Positions 46,001 to 61,000 of a DNA stretch of 64,000 bases are shown here, piece after piece. The notes under the pieces were generated by a model. It ran no database searches and was not told the origin of the DNA. It saw nothing but the letters and a program-made list of their open reading frames with translations. The stretch is from assembly GCA_046563655.1 (NCBI GenBank), contig CM102285.1, forward strand, positions 5,394,001-5,458,000, written 5' to 3'. The position numbers and the translations under genes were made by a program. The DNA is from Yuukianura sp. NJ FZ-2021. Taxonomy: Eukaryota. Every line of letters begins with the position of its first letter. Position 1 is the first letter of the stretch.

Positions 46001-49000
46001 GGATGCTCCGGCGGACTGCAATGCTGTGAAATTAAAACTCTGAATGCAAACGAATAGAGCATTTATTTAAGAAACATTTAGTGACGCTAACGCTGAAAAT
46101 TGAGAAAAAAAGGTCTTCGTAGCACTGTAAAATCGAAAATTGTTGGTCTCAGCCTCACTGAAATTCAGCTGTATGCACTAATTCCGGCTCTACTATGTGT
46201 TCACTAAACAGAGTAGGATGCTCCGGCGGACTGCAAAGCTGTGAAATTAAAACTCTGAATGCAAACGAATAGAGCATGTATTTAAGAAACATGTACCGAC
46301 GCTAACGCTGAAAATTGAGAAAAAAGGTCTTCGTAGCACTGTAAAATCGAAAATTGTTGGTCTCAGCCTCACTGAAATTCAGCTGTATGCACTAATTCCG
46401 GCTCTACTATGTGTTCACTAAACAGAGTAGGATGCTCCGGCGGACTGCAATGCTGTGAAATTAAAACTCTGAATGCAAACGAATAGAGCATGTATTTAAG
46501 AAACATGTAGTGACGCTAACGCTGAAAATTGAGGAAAAAAGGTCTTCGTGGCACTGTTACATCGAAAATTGTTGGTCTCAGCCTCACTGAAATTCAGCTG
46601 TATGCACTAATTCCGGCTCTACTATGTGTTCACTAAACAGAGTAGGATGCGCCGGCGGACTGCAATGCTGTGAAATTAAAGCTCTGAATGCAAACGAATA
46701 GAGCATTTATTTAAGAAACATTTAGTGACGCTAACGCTGAAAATTGAGAAAAAAAAGGTCTTCGTAGCACTGTAAAATCGAAAATTGTTGGTCTCAGCCT
46801 CACTTAAACTCAGCTGTATGCACTAATTCCGGCTCTACTATGTGTTCACTAAACAGAGTAGGATGCTCCGGCGGACTGCAATGCTGTGAAATTAAAACTC
46901 TGAATGCAAACGAATAGAGCATGTATTTAAGAAACATGTACCGACTCTAACGCTGAAAATTGAGAAAAAAAGGTATTCGTAGCACTGTAAAATCGAAAAT
47001 TGTTGGTCTCAGCCTCACTGAAATTCAGCTGTATGCACTAATTCCGGCTCTACTATGTGTTCACTAAACAGAGTAGGATGCTCCGGCGGACTGCAATGCT
47101 GTGAAATTAAAACTCTGAATGCAAACGAATAGAGCATTTATTTAAGAAACATGTACCGACGCTAACGCTGAAAATTGAGAAAAAAAGGTCTTCGTAGCAC
47201 TGTAAAATTGAAAATTGTTGGTCTCAGCCTCACTGAAATTCAGCTGTATGCACTAATTCCGGCTCTACTATGTGTTCACTAAACAGAGTAGGATGCTCCG
47301 GCGGACTGCAATGCTGTGAAATTAAAACTCTGAATGCAAACGAATAGAGCATGTATTTAAGAAACATGTAGTGACGCTAACGCTGAAAATTGAGGAAAAA
47401 AAGGTCTTCGTGGCACTGTTACATCGAAAATTGTTGGTCTCAGCCTCACTGAAATTCAGCTGTATGCACTAATTCCGGCTCTACTATGTGTTCACTAAAC
47501 AGAGTAGGATGCGCCGGCGGACTGCAATGCTGTGAAATTAAAGCTCTGAATGCAAACGAATAGAGCATTTATTTAAGAAACATTTAGTGACGCTAACGCT
47601 GAAAATTGAGAAAAAAAAGGTCTTCGTAGCACTGTAAAATCGAAAATTGTTGGTCTCAGCCTCACTTAAACTCAGCTGTATGCACTAATTCCGGCTCTAC
47701 TATGTGTTCACTACACAGAGTAGGATGCTCCGGCGGACTGCAATGCTGTGAAATTAAAACTCTAAATGCAAACGAATAGAGCATTTATTTAAGAAACATG
47801 TACCGACTCTAACGCTGAAAATTGAGAAAAAAGGTCTTCGTAGCACTATAAAATCGAAAATTGTTGGTCTCAGCCTCACTGAAATTCAGCTGTATGCACT
47901 AATTCCGGCTCTACTGTGTTCACTAAACAGAGTAGGATGCTCCGGCGGACTGCAATGCTGTGAAATTAAAACTCTGAATGCAAACGAATAGAGCATTTAT
48001 TTAAGAAACATTTAGTGACGCTAACGCTGAAAATTGAGAAAAAAAAGGTCTTCGTAGCACTGTAAAATCGAAAATTGTTGGTCTCAGCCTCACTGAAATT
48101 CAGCTGTATGCACTAATTCCGGCTCTACTATGTGTTCACTAAACAGAGTAGGATGCTCCGGCGGACTGCAAAGCTGTGAAATTAAAACTCTGAATGCAAA
48201 CGAATAGAGCATGTATTTAAGAAACATGTACCGACGCTAACGCTGAAAATTGAGAAAAAAAGGTCTTCGTAGCACTGTAAAATCGAAAATTGTTGGTCTC
48301 AGCCTCACTGAAATTCAGCTGTATGCACTAATTCCGGCTCTACTATTTATTCACTAAACAGAGTAGGATGCTCCGGCGGACTGCAATGCTGTAAAATTAA
48401 AACTCTGAATGCAAACGAATAGAGCATGTATTTAAGAAACATGTAGTGACGCTAACGCTGAAAATTGAGGAAAAAAGGTCTTCGTGGCACTGTAACATCG
48501 AAAATTGTTGGTCTCAGCCTCACTGAAATTCAGCTGTATGCACTAATTCCGGCTCTACTATGTGTTCACTAAACAGAGTAGGATGCTCCGGCGGACTGCA
48601 ATGCTGTGAAATTAAAACTCTGAATGCAAACGAATAGAGCATGTATTTAAGAAACATGTACCGACTCTAACGCTGAAAATTGAGAAAAAAAGGTCTTCGT
48701 AGCACTGTAAAATCGAAAATTGTTGGTCTCAGCCTCACTGAAATTCAGCTGTATGCACTAATTCCGGCTCTACTATGTGTTCACTAAACAGAGTAGGATG
48801 CTCCGGCGGACTGCAATGCTGTGAAATTAAAACTCTGAATGCAAACGAATAGAGCATTTATTTAAGAAACATGTACCGACGCTAACGCTGAAAATTGAAA
48901 AAAAGGTCTTCGTAGCACTGTAAAATCGAAAATTGTTGGTCTCAGCCTCACTGAAATTCAGCTGTATGCACTAATTCCGGCTCTACTATGTGTTCACTAA

Positions 49001-52000
49001 ACAGAGTAGGATGCTCCGGCGGACTGCAATGCTGTGAAATTAAAACTCTGAATGCAAACGAATAGAGCATGTATTTAAGAAACATGTACCGACTCTAACG
49101 CTGAAAATTGAGAAAAAAAGGTCTTCGTAGCACTGTAAAATCGAAAATTGTTGGTCTCAGCCTCACTGAAATTCAGCTGTATGCACTAATTCCGGCTCTA
49201 CTATGTGTTCACTAAACAGAGTAGGATGCTCCGGCGGACTGCAATGCTGTGAAATTAAAACTCTGAATGCAAACGAATAGAGCATTTATTTAAGAAACAT
49301 GTACCGACGCTAACGCTGAAAATTGAGAAAAAAGGTCTTCGTAGCACTGTAAAATCGAAAATTGTTGGTCTCAGCCTCACTGAAATTCAGCTGTATGCAC
49401 TAATTCCGGCTCTACTATGTGTTCACTAAACAGAGTAGGATGCTCCGGCGGACTGCAATGCTGTGAAATTAAAACTCTGAATGCAAACGAATAGAGCATG
49501 TATTTAAGAAACATGTAGTGACGCTAACGCTGAAAATTGAGGAAAAAAAGGTCTTCGTGGCACTGTTACATCGAAAATTGTTGGTCTCAGCCTCACTGAA
49601 ATTCAGCTGTATGCACTAATTCCGGCTCTACTATGTGTTCACTAAACAGAGTAGGATGCGCCGGCGGACTGCAATGCTGTGAAATTAAAGCTCTGAATGC
49701 AAACGAATAGAGCATTTATTTAAGAAACATTTAGTGACGCTAACGCTGAAAATTGAGAAAAAAAAGGTCTTCGTAGCACTGTAAAATCGAAAATTGTTGG
49801 TCTCAGCCTCACTTAAACTCAGCTGTATGCACTAATTCCGGCTCTACTATGTGTTCACTACACAGAGTAGGATGCTCCGGCGGACTGCAATGCTGTGAAA
49901 TTAAAACTCTAAATGCAAACGAATAGAGCATTTATTTAAGAAACATGTACCGACTCTAACGCTGAAAATTGAGAAAAAAAGGTCTTCGTAGCACTATAAA
50001 ATCGAAAATTGTTGGTCTCAGCCTCACTGAAATTCAGCTGTATGCACTAATTCCGGCTCTACTATTTATTCACTAAACAGAGTAGGATGCTCCGGCGGAC
50101 TGCAATGCTGTAAAATTAAAACTCTGAATGCAAACGAATAGAGCATGTATTTAAGAAACATGTACCGACGCTAACGCTGAAAATTGAGAAAAAAAGGTCT
50201 TCGTAGCACTGTAAAATCGAAAATTGTTGGTCTCAGCCTCACTGAAATTCAGCTGTATGCACTAATTCCGGCTCTACTATTTATTCACTAAACAGAGTAG
50301 GATGCTCCGGCGGACTGCAATGCTGTAAAATTAAAACTCTGAATGCAAACGAATAGAGCATGTATTTAAGAAACATGTAGTGACGCTAACGCTGAAAATT
50401 GAGGAAAAAAAGGTCTTCGTGGCACTGTAACATCGAAAATTGTTGGTCTCAGCCTCACTGAAATTCAGCTGTATGCACTAATTCCGGCTCTACTATGTGT
50501 TCACTAAACAGAGTAGGATGCTCCGGCGGACTGCAATGCTGTGAAATTAAAACTCTGAATGCAAACGAATAGAGCATGTATTTAAGAAACATGTACCGAC
50601 TCTAACGCTGAAAATTGAGAAAAAAAGGTCTTCGTAGCACTGTAAAATCGAAAATTGTTGGTCTCAGCCTCACTGAAATTCAGCTGTATGCACTAATTCC
50701 GGCTCTACTATGTGTTCACTAAACAGAGTAGGATGCTCCGGCGGACTGCAATGCTGTGAAATTAAAACTCTGAATGCAAACGAATAGAGCATGTATTTAA
50801 GAAACATGTACCGACTCTAACGCTGAAAATTGAGAAAAAAAGGTCTTCGTAGCACTGTAAAATCGAAAATTGTTGGTCTCAGCCTCACTGAAATTCAGCT
50901 GTATGCACTAATTCCGGCTCTACTATGTGTTCACTAAACAGAGTAGGATGCTCAGGCGGACTGCAATGCTGTGAAATTAAAACTCTGAATGCAAACGAAT
51001 AGAGCATGTATTTAAGAAACATGTACCGACTCTAACGCTGAAAATTGAGAAAAAAAGGTCTTCGTAGCACTGTAAAATCGAAAATTGTTGGTCTCAGCCT
51101 CACTGAAATTCAGCTGTATGCACTAATTCCGGCTCTACTATGTGTTCACTAGACAGAGTAGGATGCTCCGGCGGACTGCAACGCTGTGAAATTAAAACTC
51201 TGAATGCAAACGAATAGAGCATTTATTTAAGAAACATGTACCGACGCTAACGCTGAAAATTGAGAAAAAAAGGTCTTCGTTGCACTGTAAAATCGAAAAT
51301 TGTTGGTCTCAGCCTCACTGAAATTCAGCTGTATGCACTAATTCCGGCTCTACTATGTGTTCACTAAACAGAGTAGGATGCTCCGGCGGACTGCAATGCT
51401 GTGAAATTAAAACTCTGAATGCAAACGAATAGAGCATGTATTTAAGAAACATGTACTGACGCTAACGCTGAAAATTGAGGAAAAAAAGGTCTTCGTGGCA
51501 CTGTAAAATCGAAAATTGCTGGTCTCAGCCTCACAGAAATTCAGCTCTATGCACTAATTCCGGCTCTACTATGTGTTCACTAAACAGAGTAGGATGCTCC
51601 GGCGGACTGCAATGCTGTGAAATTAAAACTCTGAATGCAAACGAATAGAGCATGTATTTAAGAAACATGTACCGACTCTAACGCTGAAAATTGAGAAAAA
51701 AAGGTCTTCGTAGCACTGTAAAATCGAAAATTGTTGGTCTCAGCTTCACTGAAATTCAGCTGTATGCACTAATTCCGGCTCTACTATGTGTTCACTAAAC
51801 AGAGTAGGATGCCCCGGCGGACTGCAATGCTGTGAAATTAAAACTCTGAATGCAAACGAATAGAGCATGTATTTAAGAAACATGTACCGACTCTAACGCT
51901 GAAAATTGAGAAAAAAGGTCTTCGTAGCACTGTAAAATCGAAAATTGTTGGTCTCAGCCTCACTGAAATTCAGCTGTATGCACTAATTCCGGCTCTACTA

Positions 52001-55000
52001 TGTGTTCACTAAACAAAGTAGGATGCTCCGGCGGACTGCAATGCTATGAAATTAAAATTCTGAATGCAAACGAATAGAGCAAGTATTCAAGAAACATGTA
52101 CTGACGCTAACGCTGAAAATTGAGAAAAAAAAGGTCTTCGTAGCACTGTAAAATCGAAAATTGTTGGTCTCAGCCTCACTGAAATTCAGCTGTATGCACT
52201 AATTCCGGCTCTACTATATGTTCACTAAACAGAGTAGGATGCTCCGGCGGACTGCAATGCTGTGAAATTAAAACTCTGAATGCAAACGAATAGAGCATTT
52301 ATTTAAGAAACATGTACCGACGCTAACGCTGAAAATTGAGAAAAAAGGTCTTCGTAGCACTGTAAAATCGAAAATTGTTGGTCTCAGCCTCACTGAAATT
52401 CAGCTGTATGCACTAATTCCGGCTCTACTATGTGTTCACTAAACAGAGTAGGATGCTCCGGCGGACTGCAATGCTGTGAAATTAAAACTCTGAATGCAAA
52501 CGAATAGAGCATTTATTTAAGAAACATGTACCGACGCTAACGCTGAAAATTGAGAAAAAAAGGTCTTCGTAGCACTGTAAAATCGAAAATTGTTGGTCTC
52601 AGCCTCACTGAAATTCAGCTGTATGCACTAATTCCGGCTCTACTGTGTTCACTAAACAGAGTAGGATGCTCCGGCGGACTGCAATGCTGTGAAATTAAAA
52701 CTCTGAATGCAAACGAATAGAGCATTTATTTAAGAAACATTTAGTGACGCTAACGCTGAAAATTGAGAAAAAAAGGTCTTCGTAGCACTGTAAAATCGAA
52801 AATTGTTGGTCTCAGCCTCACTGAAATTCAGCTGTATGCACTAATTCCGGCTCTACTATGTGTTCACTAAACAGAGTAGGATGCCCCGGCGGACTGCAAT
52901 GCTGTGAAATTAAAACTCTGAATGCAAACGAATAGAGCATGTATTTAAGAAACATGTACCGACTCTAACGCTGAAAATTGAGAAAAAAGGTCTTCGTAGC
53001 ACTGTAAAATCGAAAATTGTTGGTCTCAGCCTCACTGAAATTCAGCTGTATGCACTAATTCCGGCTCTACTATGTGTTCACTAAACAAAGTAGGATGCTC
53101 CGGCGGACTGCAATGCTATGAAATTAAAATTCTGAATGCAAACGAATAGAGCAAGTATTTAAGAAACATGTACTGACGCTAACGCTGAAAATTGAGAAAA
53201 AAAAGGTCTTCGTAGCACTGTAAAATCGAAAATTGTTGGTCTCAGCCTCACTGAAATTCAGCTGTATGCACTAATTCCGGCTCTACTATGTGTTCACTAA
53301 ACAAAGTAGGATGCTCCGGCGGACTGCAATGCTATGAAATTAAAATTCTGAATGCAAACGAATAGAGCAAGTATTTAAGAAACATGTACTGACGCTAACG
53401 CTGAAAATTGAGAAAAAAGGTCTTCGTAGCACTGTAAAATCGAAAATTGTTGGTCTCAGCCTCACTGAAATTCAGCTGTATGCACTAATTCCGGCTCTAC
53501 TATATGTTCACTAAACAGAGTAGGATGCTCCGGCGGACTGCAATGCTGTGAAATTAAAACTCTGAATGCAAACGAATAGAGCATTTATTTAAGAAACATG
53601 TACCGACGCTAACGCTGAAAATTTAGAAAAAAAGGTCTTCGTAGCACTGTAAAATCGAAAATTGTTGGTCTCAGCCTCACTGAAATTCAGCTGTATGCAC
53701 TAATTCCGGCTCTACTATGTGTTCACTAAACAGAGTAGGATGCTCCGGCGGACTGCAATGCTGTGAAATTAAAACTCTGAATGCAAACGAATAGAGCATT
53801 TATTTAAGAAACATGTACCGACGCTAACGCTGAAAATTGAGAAAAAAAGGTCTTCGTAGCACTGTAAAATCGAAAATTGTTGGTCTCAGCCTCACTGAAA
53901 TTCAGCTGTATGCACTAATTCCGGCTCTACTGTGTTCACTAAACAGAGTAGGATGCTCCGGCGGACTGCAATGCTGTGAAATTAAAACTCTGAATGCAAA
54001 CGAATAGAGCATGTATTTAAGAAACATGTACCGACTCTAACGCTGAAAATTGAGAAAAAAAGGTCTTCGTAGCACTGTAAAATCGAAAATTGTTGGTCTC
54101 AGCCTCACTGAAATTCAGCTGTATGCACTAATTCCGGCTCTACTATGTGTTCACTAAACAGAGTAGGATGCTCCGGCGGACTGCAATGCTGTGAAATTAT
54201 AACTCTGAATGCAAACGAATAGAGCATTTATTTAAGAAACATGTACCGACGCTAACGCTGAAAATTGAGAAAAAAGGTCTTCGTAGCACTGTAAAATCGA
54301 AAATTGTTGGTCTCAGCCTCACTGAAATTCAGCTGTATGCACTAATTCCGGCTCTACTATGTGTTCACTAAACAGAGTAGGATGCTCCGGCGGACTGCAA
54401 TGCTGTGAAATTAAAACTCTGAATGCAAACGAATAGAGCATGTATTTAAGAAACATGTACCGACTCTAACGCTGAAAATTGAGAAAAAAAGGTCTTCGTA
54501 GCACTGTAAAATCGAAAATTGTTGGTCTCAGCCTCACTGAAATTCAGCTGTATGCACTAATTCCGGCTCTACTATGTGTTCACTAGACAGAGTAGGATGC
54601 TCCGGCGGACTGCAACGCTGTGAAATTAAAACTCTGAATGCAAACGAATAGAGCATTTATTTAAGAAACATGTACCGACGCTAACGCTGAAAATTGAGAA
54701 AAAAAGGTCTTCGTTGCACTGTAAAATCGAAAATTGTTGGTCTCAGCCTCACTGAAATTCAGCTGTATGCACTAATTCCGGCTCTACTATGTGTTCACTA
54801 AACAGAGTAGGATGCTCCGGCGGACTGCAATGCTGTGAAATTAAAACTCTGAATGCAAACGAATAGAGCATGTATTTAAGAAACATGTACTGACGCTAAC
54901 GCTGAAAATTGAGGAAAAAAAGGTCTTCGTGGCACTGTAAAATCGAAAATTGCTGGTCTCAGCCTCACAGAAATTCAGCTCTATGCACTAATTCCGGCTC

Positions 55001-58000
55001 TACTATGTGTTCACTAAACAGAGTAGGATGCTCCGGCGGACTGCAATGCTGTGAAATTAAAACTCTGAATGCAAACGAATAGAGCATGTATTTAAGAAAC
55101 ATGTACCGACTCTAACGCTGAAAATTGAGAAAAAAAGGTCTTCGTAGCACTGTAAAATCGAAAATTGTTGGTCTCAGCCTCACTGAAATTCAGCTGTATG
55201 CACTAATTCCGGCTCTACTATGTGTTCACTAAACAGAGTAGGATGCCCCGGCGGACTGCAATGCTGTGAAATTAAAACTCTGAATGCAAACGAATAGAGC
55301 ATGTATTTAAGAAACATGTACCGACTCTAACGCTGAAAATTGAGAAAAAAGGTCTTCGTAGCACTGTAAAATCGAAAATTGTTGGTCTCAGCCTCACTGA
55401 AATTCAGCTGTATGCACTAATTCCGGCTCTACTATGTGTTCACTAAACAAAGTAGGATGCTCCGGCGGACTGCAATGCTATGAAATTAAAATTCTGAATG
55501 CAAACGAATAGAGCAAGTATTCAAGAAACATGTACTGACGCTAACGCTGAAAATTGAGAAAAAAAAGGTCTTCGTAGCACTGTAAAATCGAAAATTGTTG
55601 GTCTCAGCCTCACTGAAATTCAGCTGTATGCACTAATTCCGGCTCTACTATATGTTCACTAAACAGAGTAGGATGCTCCGGCGGACTGCAATGCTGTGAA
55701 ATTAAAACTCTGAATGCAAACGAATAGAGCATTTATTTAAGAAACATGTACCGACGCTAACGCTGAAAATTGAGAAAAAAAGGTCTTCGTAGCACTGTAA
55801 AATCGAAAATTGTTGGTCTCAGCCTCACTGAAATTCAGCTGTATGCACTAATTCCGGCTCTACTATGTGTTCACTAAACAGAGTAGGATGCTCCGGCGGA
55901 CTGCAATGCTGTGAAATTAAAACTCTGAATGCAAACGAATAGAGCATTTATTTAAGAAACATGTACTGACGCTAACGCTGAAAATTGAGGAAAAAAGGTG
56001 TTCGTGGCACTGTAAAATCGAAAATTGTTGGTCTCAGCCTCACAGAAATTCAGCTCTATGCACTAATTCCGGCTCTACTATGTGTTCACTAAACAGAGTA
56101 GGATGCTCCGGCGGACTGCAATGCTGTGAAATTAAAACTCTGAATGCGAACGAATAGAGCATGTATTTAAGAAACATGTACCGACTCTAACGCTGAAAAT
56201 TGAGAAAAAAAGGTCTTCGTAGCACTGTAAAATCGAAAATTGTTGGTCTCAGCCTCACTGAAATTCAGCTGTATGCACTAATTCCGGCTCTACTATGTGT
56301 TCACTAAACAGAGTAGGATGCTCCGGCGGACTGCAATGCTGTGAAATTAAAACTCTGAATGCAAACGAATAGAGCATTTATTTAAGAAACATTTAGTGAC
56401 GCTAACGCTGAAAATTGAGAAAAAAGGTCTTCGTAGCACTGTAAAATCGAAAATTGTTGGTCTCAGCCTCACTGAAATTCAGCTGTATGCACTAATTCCG
56501 GCTCTACTATGTGTTCACTAAACAGAGTAGGATGCCCCGGCGGACTGCAATGCTGTGAAATTAAAACTCTGAATGCAAACGAATAGAGCATGTATTTAAG
56601 AAACATGTACCGACTCTAACGCTGAAAATTGAGAAAAAAAGGTCTTCGTAGCACTGTAAAATCGAAAATTGTTGGTCTCAGCCTCACTGAAATTCAGCTG
56701 TATGCACTAATTCCGGCTCTACTATGTGTTCACTAAACAGAGTAGGATGCTCCGGCGGACTGCAATGCTGTGAAATTAAAACTCTGAATGCAAACGAATA
56801 GAGCATTTATTTAAGAAACATGTACCGACGCTAACGCTGAAAATTGAGAAAAAAGGTCTTCGTAGCACTGTAAAATCGAAAATTGTTGGTCTCAGCCTCA
56901 CTGAAATTCAGCTGTATGCACTAATTCCGGCTCTACTATGTGTTCACTAAACAGAGTAGGATGCTCCGGCGGACTGCAATGCTGTGAAATTAAAACTCTG
57001 AATGCAAACGAATAGAGCATTTATTTAAGAAACATGTACCGACGCTAACGCTGAAAATTGAGAAAAAAAGGTCTTCGTAGCACTGTAAAATCGAAAATTG
57101 TTGGTCTCAGCCTCACTGAAATTCAGCTGTATGCACTAATTCCGGCTCTACTGTGTTCACTAAACAGAGTAGGATGCTCCGGCGGACTGCAATGCTGTGA
57201 AATTAAAACTCTGAATGCAAACGAATAGAGCATTTATTTAAGAAACATTTAGTGACGCTAACGCTGAAAATTGAGAAAAAAGGTCTTCGTAGCGCTGTAA
57301 AATCGAAAATTGTTGGTCTCAGCCTCACTGAAATTCAGCTGTATGCACTAATTCCGGCTCTACTATGTGTTCACTAAACAGAGTAGGATGCTCCGGCGGA
57401 CTGCAAAGCTGTTAAATTAAAACTCTGAATGCAAACGAATAGAGCATGTATTTAAGAAACATGTACCGACGCTAACGCTGAAAATTGAGAAAAAAAGGTC
57501 TTCGTAGCACTGTAAAATCGAAAATTGTTGGTCTCAGCCTCACTGAAATTCAGCTGTATGCACTAATTCCGGCTCTACTATGTGTTCACTAAACAGAGTA
57601 GGATGCTCCGGCGGACTGCAATGCTGTGAAATTAAAACTCTGAATGCAAACGAATAGAGCATGTATTTAAGAAACATGTAGTGACGCTAACGCTGAAAAT
57701 TGAGGAAAAAAAGGTCTTCGTGGCACTGTAACATCGAAAATTGTTGGTCTCAGCCTCACTGAAATTCAGCTGTATGCACTAATTCCGGCTCTACTATGTG
57801 TTCACTAAACAGAGTAGGATGCGCCGGCCGACTGCAATGCTGTGAAATTAAAGCTCTGAATGCAAACGAATAGAGCATTTATTTAAGAAACATTTAGTGA
57901 CGCTAACGCTGAAAATTGAGAAAAAAAAAGGTCTTCGTAGCACTGTTAAATCGAAAATTGTTGGTCTCAGCCTCACTTAAACTCAGCTGTATGCACTAAT

Positions 58001-61000
58001 TCCGGCTCTACTGTGTTCAATAAACAGAGTAGGATGCTCCGGCGGACTGCAATGCTGTGAAATTAAAACTCTGAATGCAAACGAATAGAGCATTTATTTA
58101 AGAAACATTTAGTGACGCTAACGCTGAAAATTGAGAAAAAAGGTCTTCGTAGCACTGTAAAATCGAAAATTGTTGGTCTCAGCCTCACTGAAATTCAGCT
58201 GTATGCACTAATTCCGGCTCTACTATGTGTTCACTAAACAGAGTAGGATGCTCCGGCGGACTGCAATGCTGTGAAATTAAAACTCTGAATGCAAACGAAT
58301 AGAGCATTTATTTAAGAAACATGTACCGACGCTAACGCTGAAAATTGAGAAAAAAGGTCTTCGTAGCACTGTAAAATCGAAAATTGTTGGTCTCAGCCTC
58401 ACTGAAATTCAGCTGTATGCACTAATTCCGGCTCTACTATGTGTTCACTAAACAGAGTAGGATGCCCCGGCGGACTGCAATGCTGTGAAATTAAAACTCT
58501 GAATGCAAACGAATAGAGCATGTATTTAAGAAACATGTACCGACTCTAACGCTGAAAATTGAGAAAAAAAGGTCTTCGTAGCACTGTAAAATCGAAAATT
58601 GTTGGTCTCAGCCTCACTGAAATTCAGCTGTATGCACTAATTCCGGCTCTACTATGTGTTCACTAAACAAAGTAGGATGCTCCGGCGGACTGCAATGCTA
58701 TGAAATTAAAATTCTGAATGCAAACGAATAGAGCAAGTATTTAAGAAACATGTACTGACGCTAACGCTGAAAATTGAGAAAAAAAAGGTCTTCGTAGCAC
58801 TGTAAAATCGAAAATTGTTGGTCTCAGCCTCACTGAAATTCAGCTGTATGCACTAATTCCGGCTCTACTATATGTTCACTAAACAGAGTAGGATGCTCCG
58901 GCGGACTGCAATGCTGTGAAATTAAAACTCTGAATGCAAACGAATAGAGCATTTATTTAAGAAACATGTACCGACGCTAACGCTGAAAATTGAGAAAAAA
59001 GGTCTTCGTAGCACTGTAAAATCGAAAATTGTTGGTCTCAGCCTCACTGAAATTCAGCTGTATGCACTAATTCCGGCTCTACTGTGTTCACTAAACAGAG
59101 TAGGATGCTCCGGCGGACTGCAATGCTGTGAAATTAAAACTCTGAATGCAAACGAATAGAGCATTTATTTAAGAAACATTTAGTGACGCTAACGCTGAAA
59201 ATTGAGAAAAAAAAGGTCTTCGTAGCACTGTAAAATCGAAAATTGTTGGTCTCAGCCTCACTGAAATTCAGCTGTATGCACTAATTCCGGCTCTACTATG
59301 TGTTCACTAAACAGAGTAGGATGCCCCGGCGGACTGCAATGCTGTGAAATTAAAACTCTGAATGCAAACGAATAGAGCATGTATTTAAGAAACATGTACC
59401 GACTCTAACGCTGAAAATTGAGAAAAAAAGGTCTTCGTAGCACTGTAAAATCGAAAATTGTTGGTCTCAGCCTCACTGAAATTCAGCTGTATGCACTAAT
59501 TCCGGCTCTACTATGTGTTCACTAAACAGAGTAGGATGCTCCGGCGGACTGCAATGCTGTGAAATTAAAACTCTGAATGCAAACGAATAGAGCATTTATT
59601 TAAGAAACATGTACCGACGCTAACGCTGAAAATTGAGAAAAAAAGGTCTTCGTAGCACTGTAAAATCGAAAATTGTTGGTCTCAGCCTCACTGAAATTCA
59701 GCTGTATGCACTAATTCCGGCTCTACTGTGTTCACTAAACAGAGTAGGATGCTCCGGCGGACTGCAATGCTGTGAAATTAAAACTCTGAATGCAAACGAA
59801 TAGAGCATTTATTTAAGAAACATTTAGTGACGCTAACGCTGAAAATTGAGAAAAAAAGGTCTTCGTAGCACTGTAAAATCGAAAATTGTTGGTCTCAGCC
59901 TCACTGAAATTCAGCTGTATGCACTAATTCCGGCTCTACTATGTGTTCACTAAACAGAGTAGGATGCTCCGGCGGACTGCAAAGCTGTTAAATTAAAACT
60001 CTGAATGCAAACGAATAGAGCATGTATTTAAGAAACATGTACCGACGCTAACGCTGAAAATTGAGAAAAAAAGGTCTTCGTAGCACTGTAAAATCGAAAA
60101 TTGTTGGTCTCAGCCTCACTGAAATTCAGCTGTATGCACTAATTCCGGCTCTACTATGTGTTCACTAAACAGAGTAGGATGCTCCGGCGGACTGCAATGC
60201 TGTGAAATTAAAACTCTGAATGCAAACGAATAGAGCATGTATTTAAGAAACATGTAGTGACGCTAACGCTGAAAATTGAGGAAAAAAGGTCTTCGTGGCA
60301 CTGTAACATCGAAAATTGTTGGTCTCAGCCTCACTGAAATTCAGCTGTATGCACTAATTCCGGCTCTACTATGTGTTCACTAAACAGAGTAGGATGCGCC
60401 GGCCGACTGCAATGCTGTGAAATTAAAGCTCTGAATGCAAACGAATAGAGCATTTATTTAAGAAACATTTAGTGACGCTAACGCTGAAAATTGAGAAAAA
60501 AGGTCTTCGTAGCACTGTTAAATCGAAAATTGTTGGTCTCAGCCTCACTTAAACTCAGCTGTATGCACTAATTCCGGCTCTACTGTGTTCACTAAACAGA
60601 GTAGGATGCTCCGGCGGACTGCAATGCTGTGAAATTAAAACTCTGAATGCAAACGAATAGAGCATTTATTTAAGAAACATTTAGTGACGCTAACGCTGAA
60701 AATTGAGAAAAAAAGGTCTTCGTAGCACTGTAAAATCGAAAATTGTTGGTCTCAGCCTCACTGAAATTCAGCTGTATGCACTAATTCCGGCTCTACTATG
60801 TGTTCACTAAACAGAGTAGGATGCTCCGGCGGACTGCAATGCTGTGAAATTAAAACTCTGAATGCAAACGAATAGAGCATTTATTTAAGAAACATGTACC
60901 GACGCTAACGCTGAAAATTGAGAAAAAAAGGTCTTCGTAGCACTGTAAAATCGAAAATTGTTGGTCTCAGCCTCACTGAAATTCAGCTGTATGCACTAAT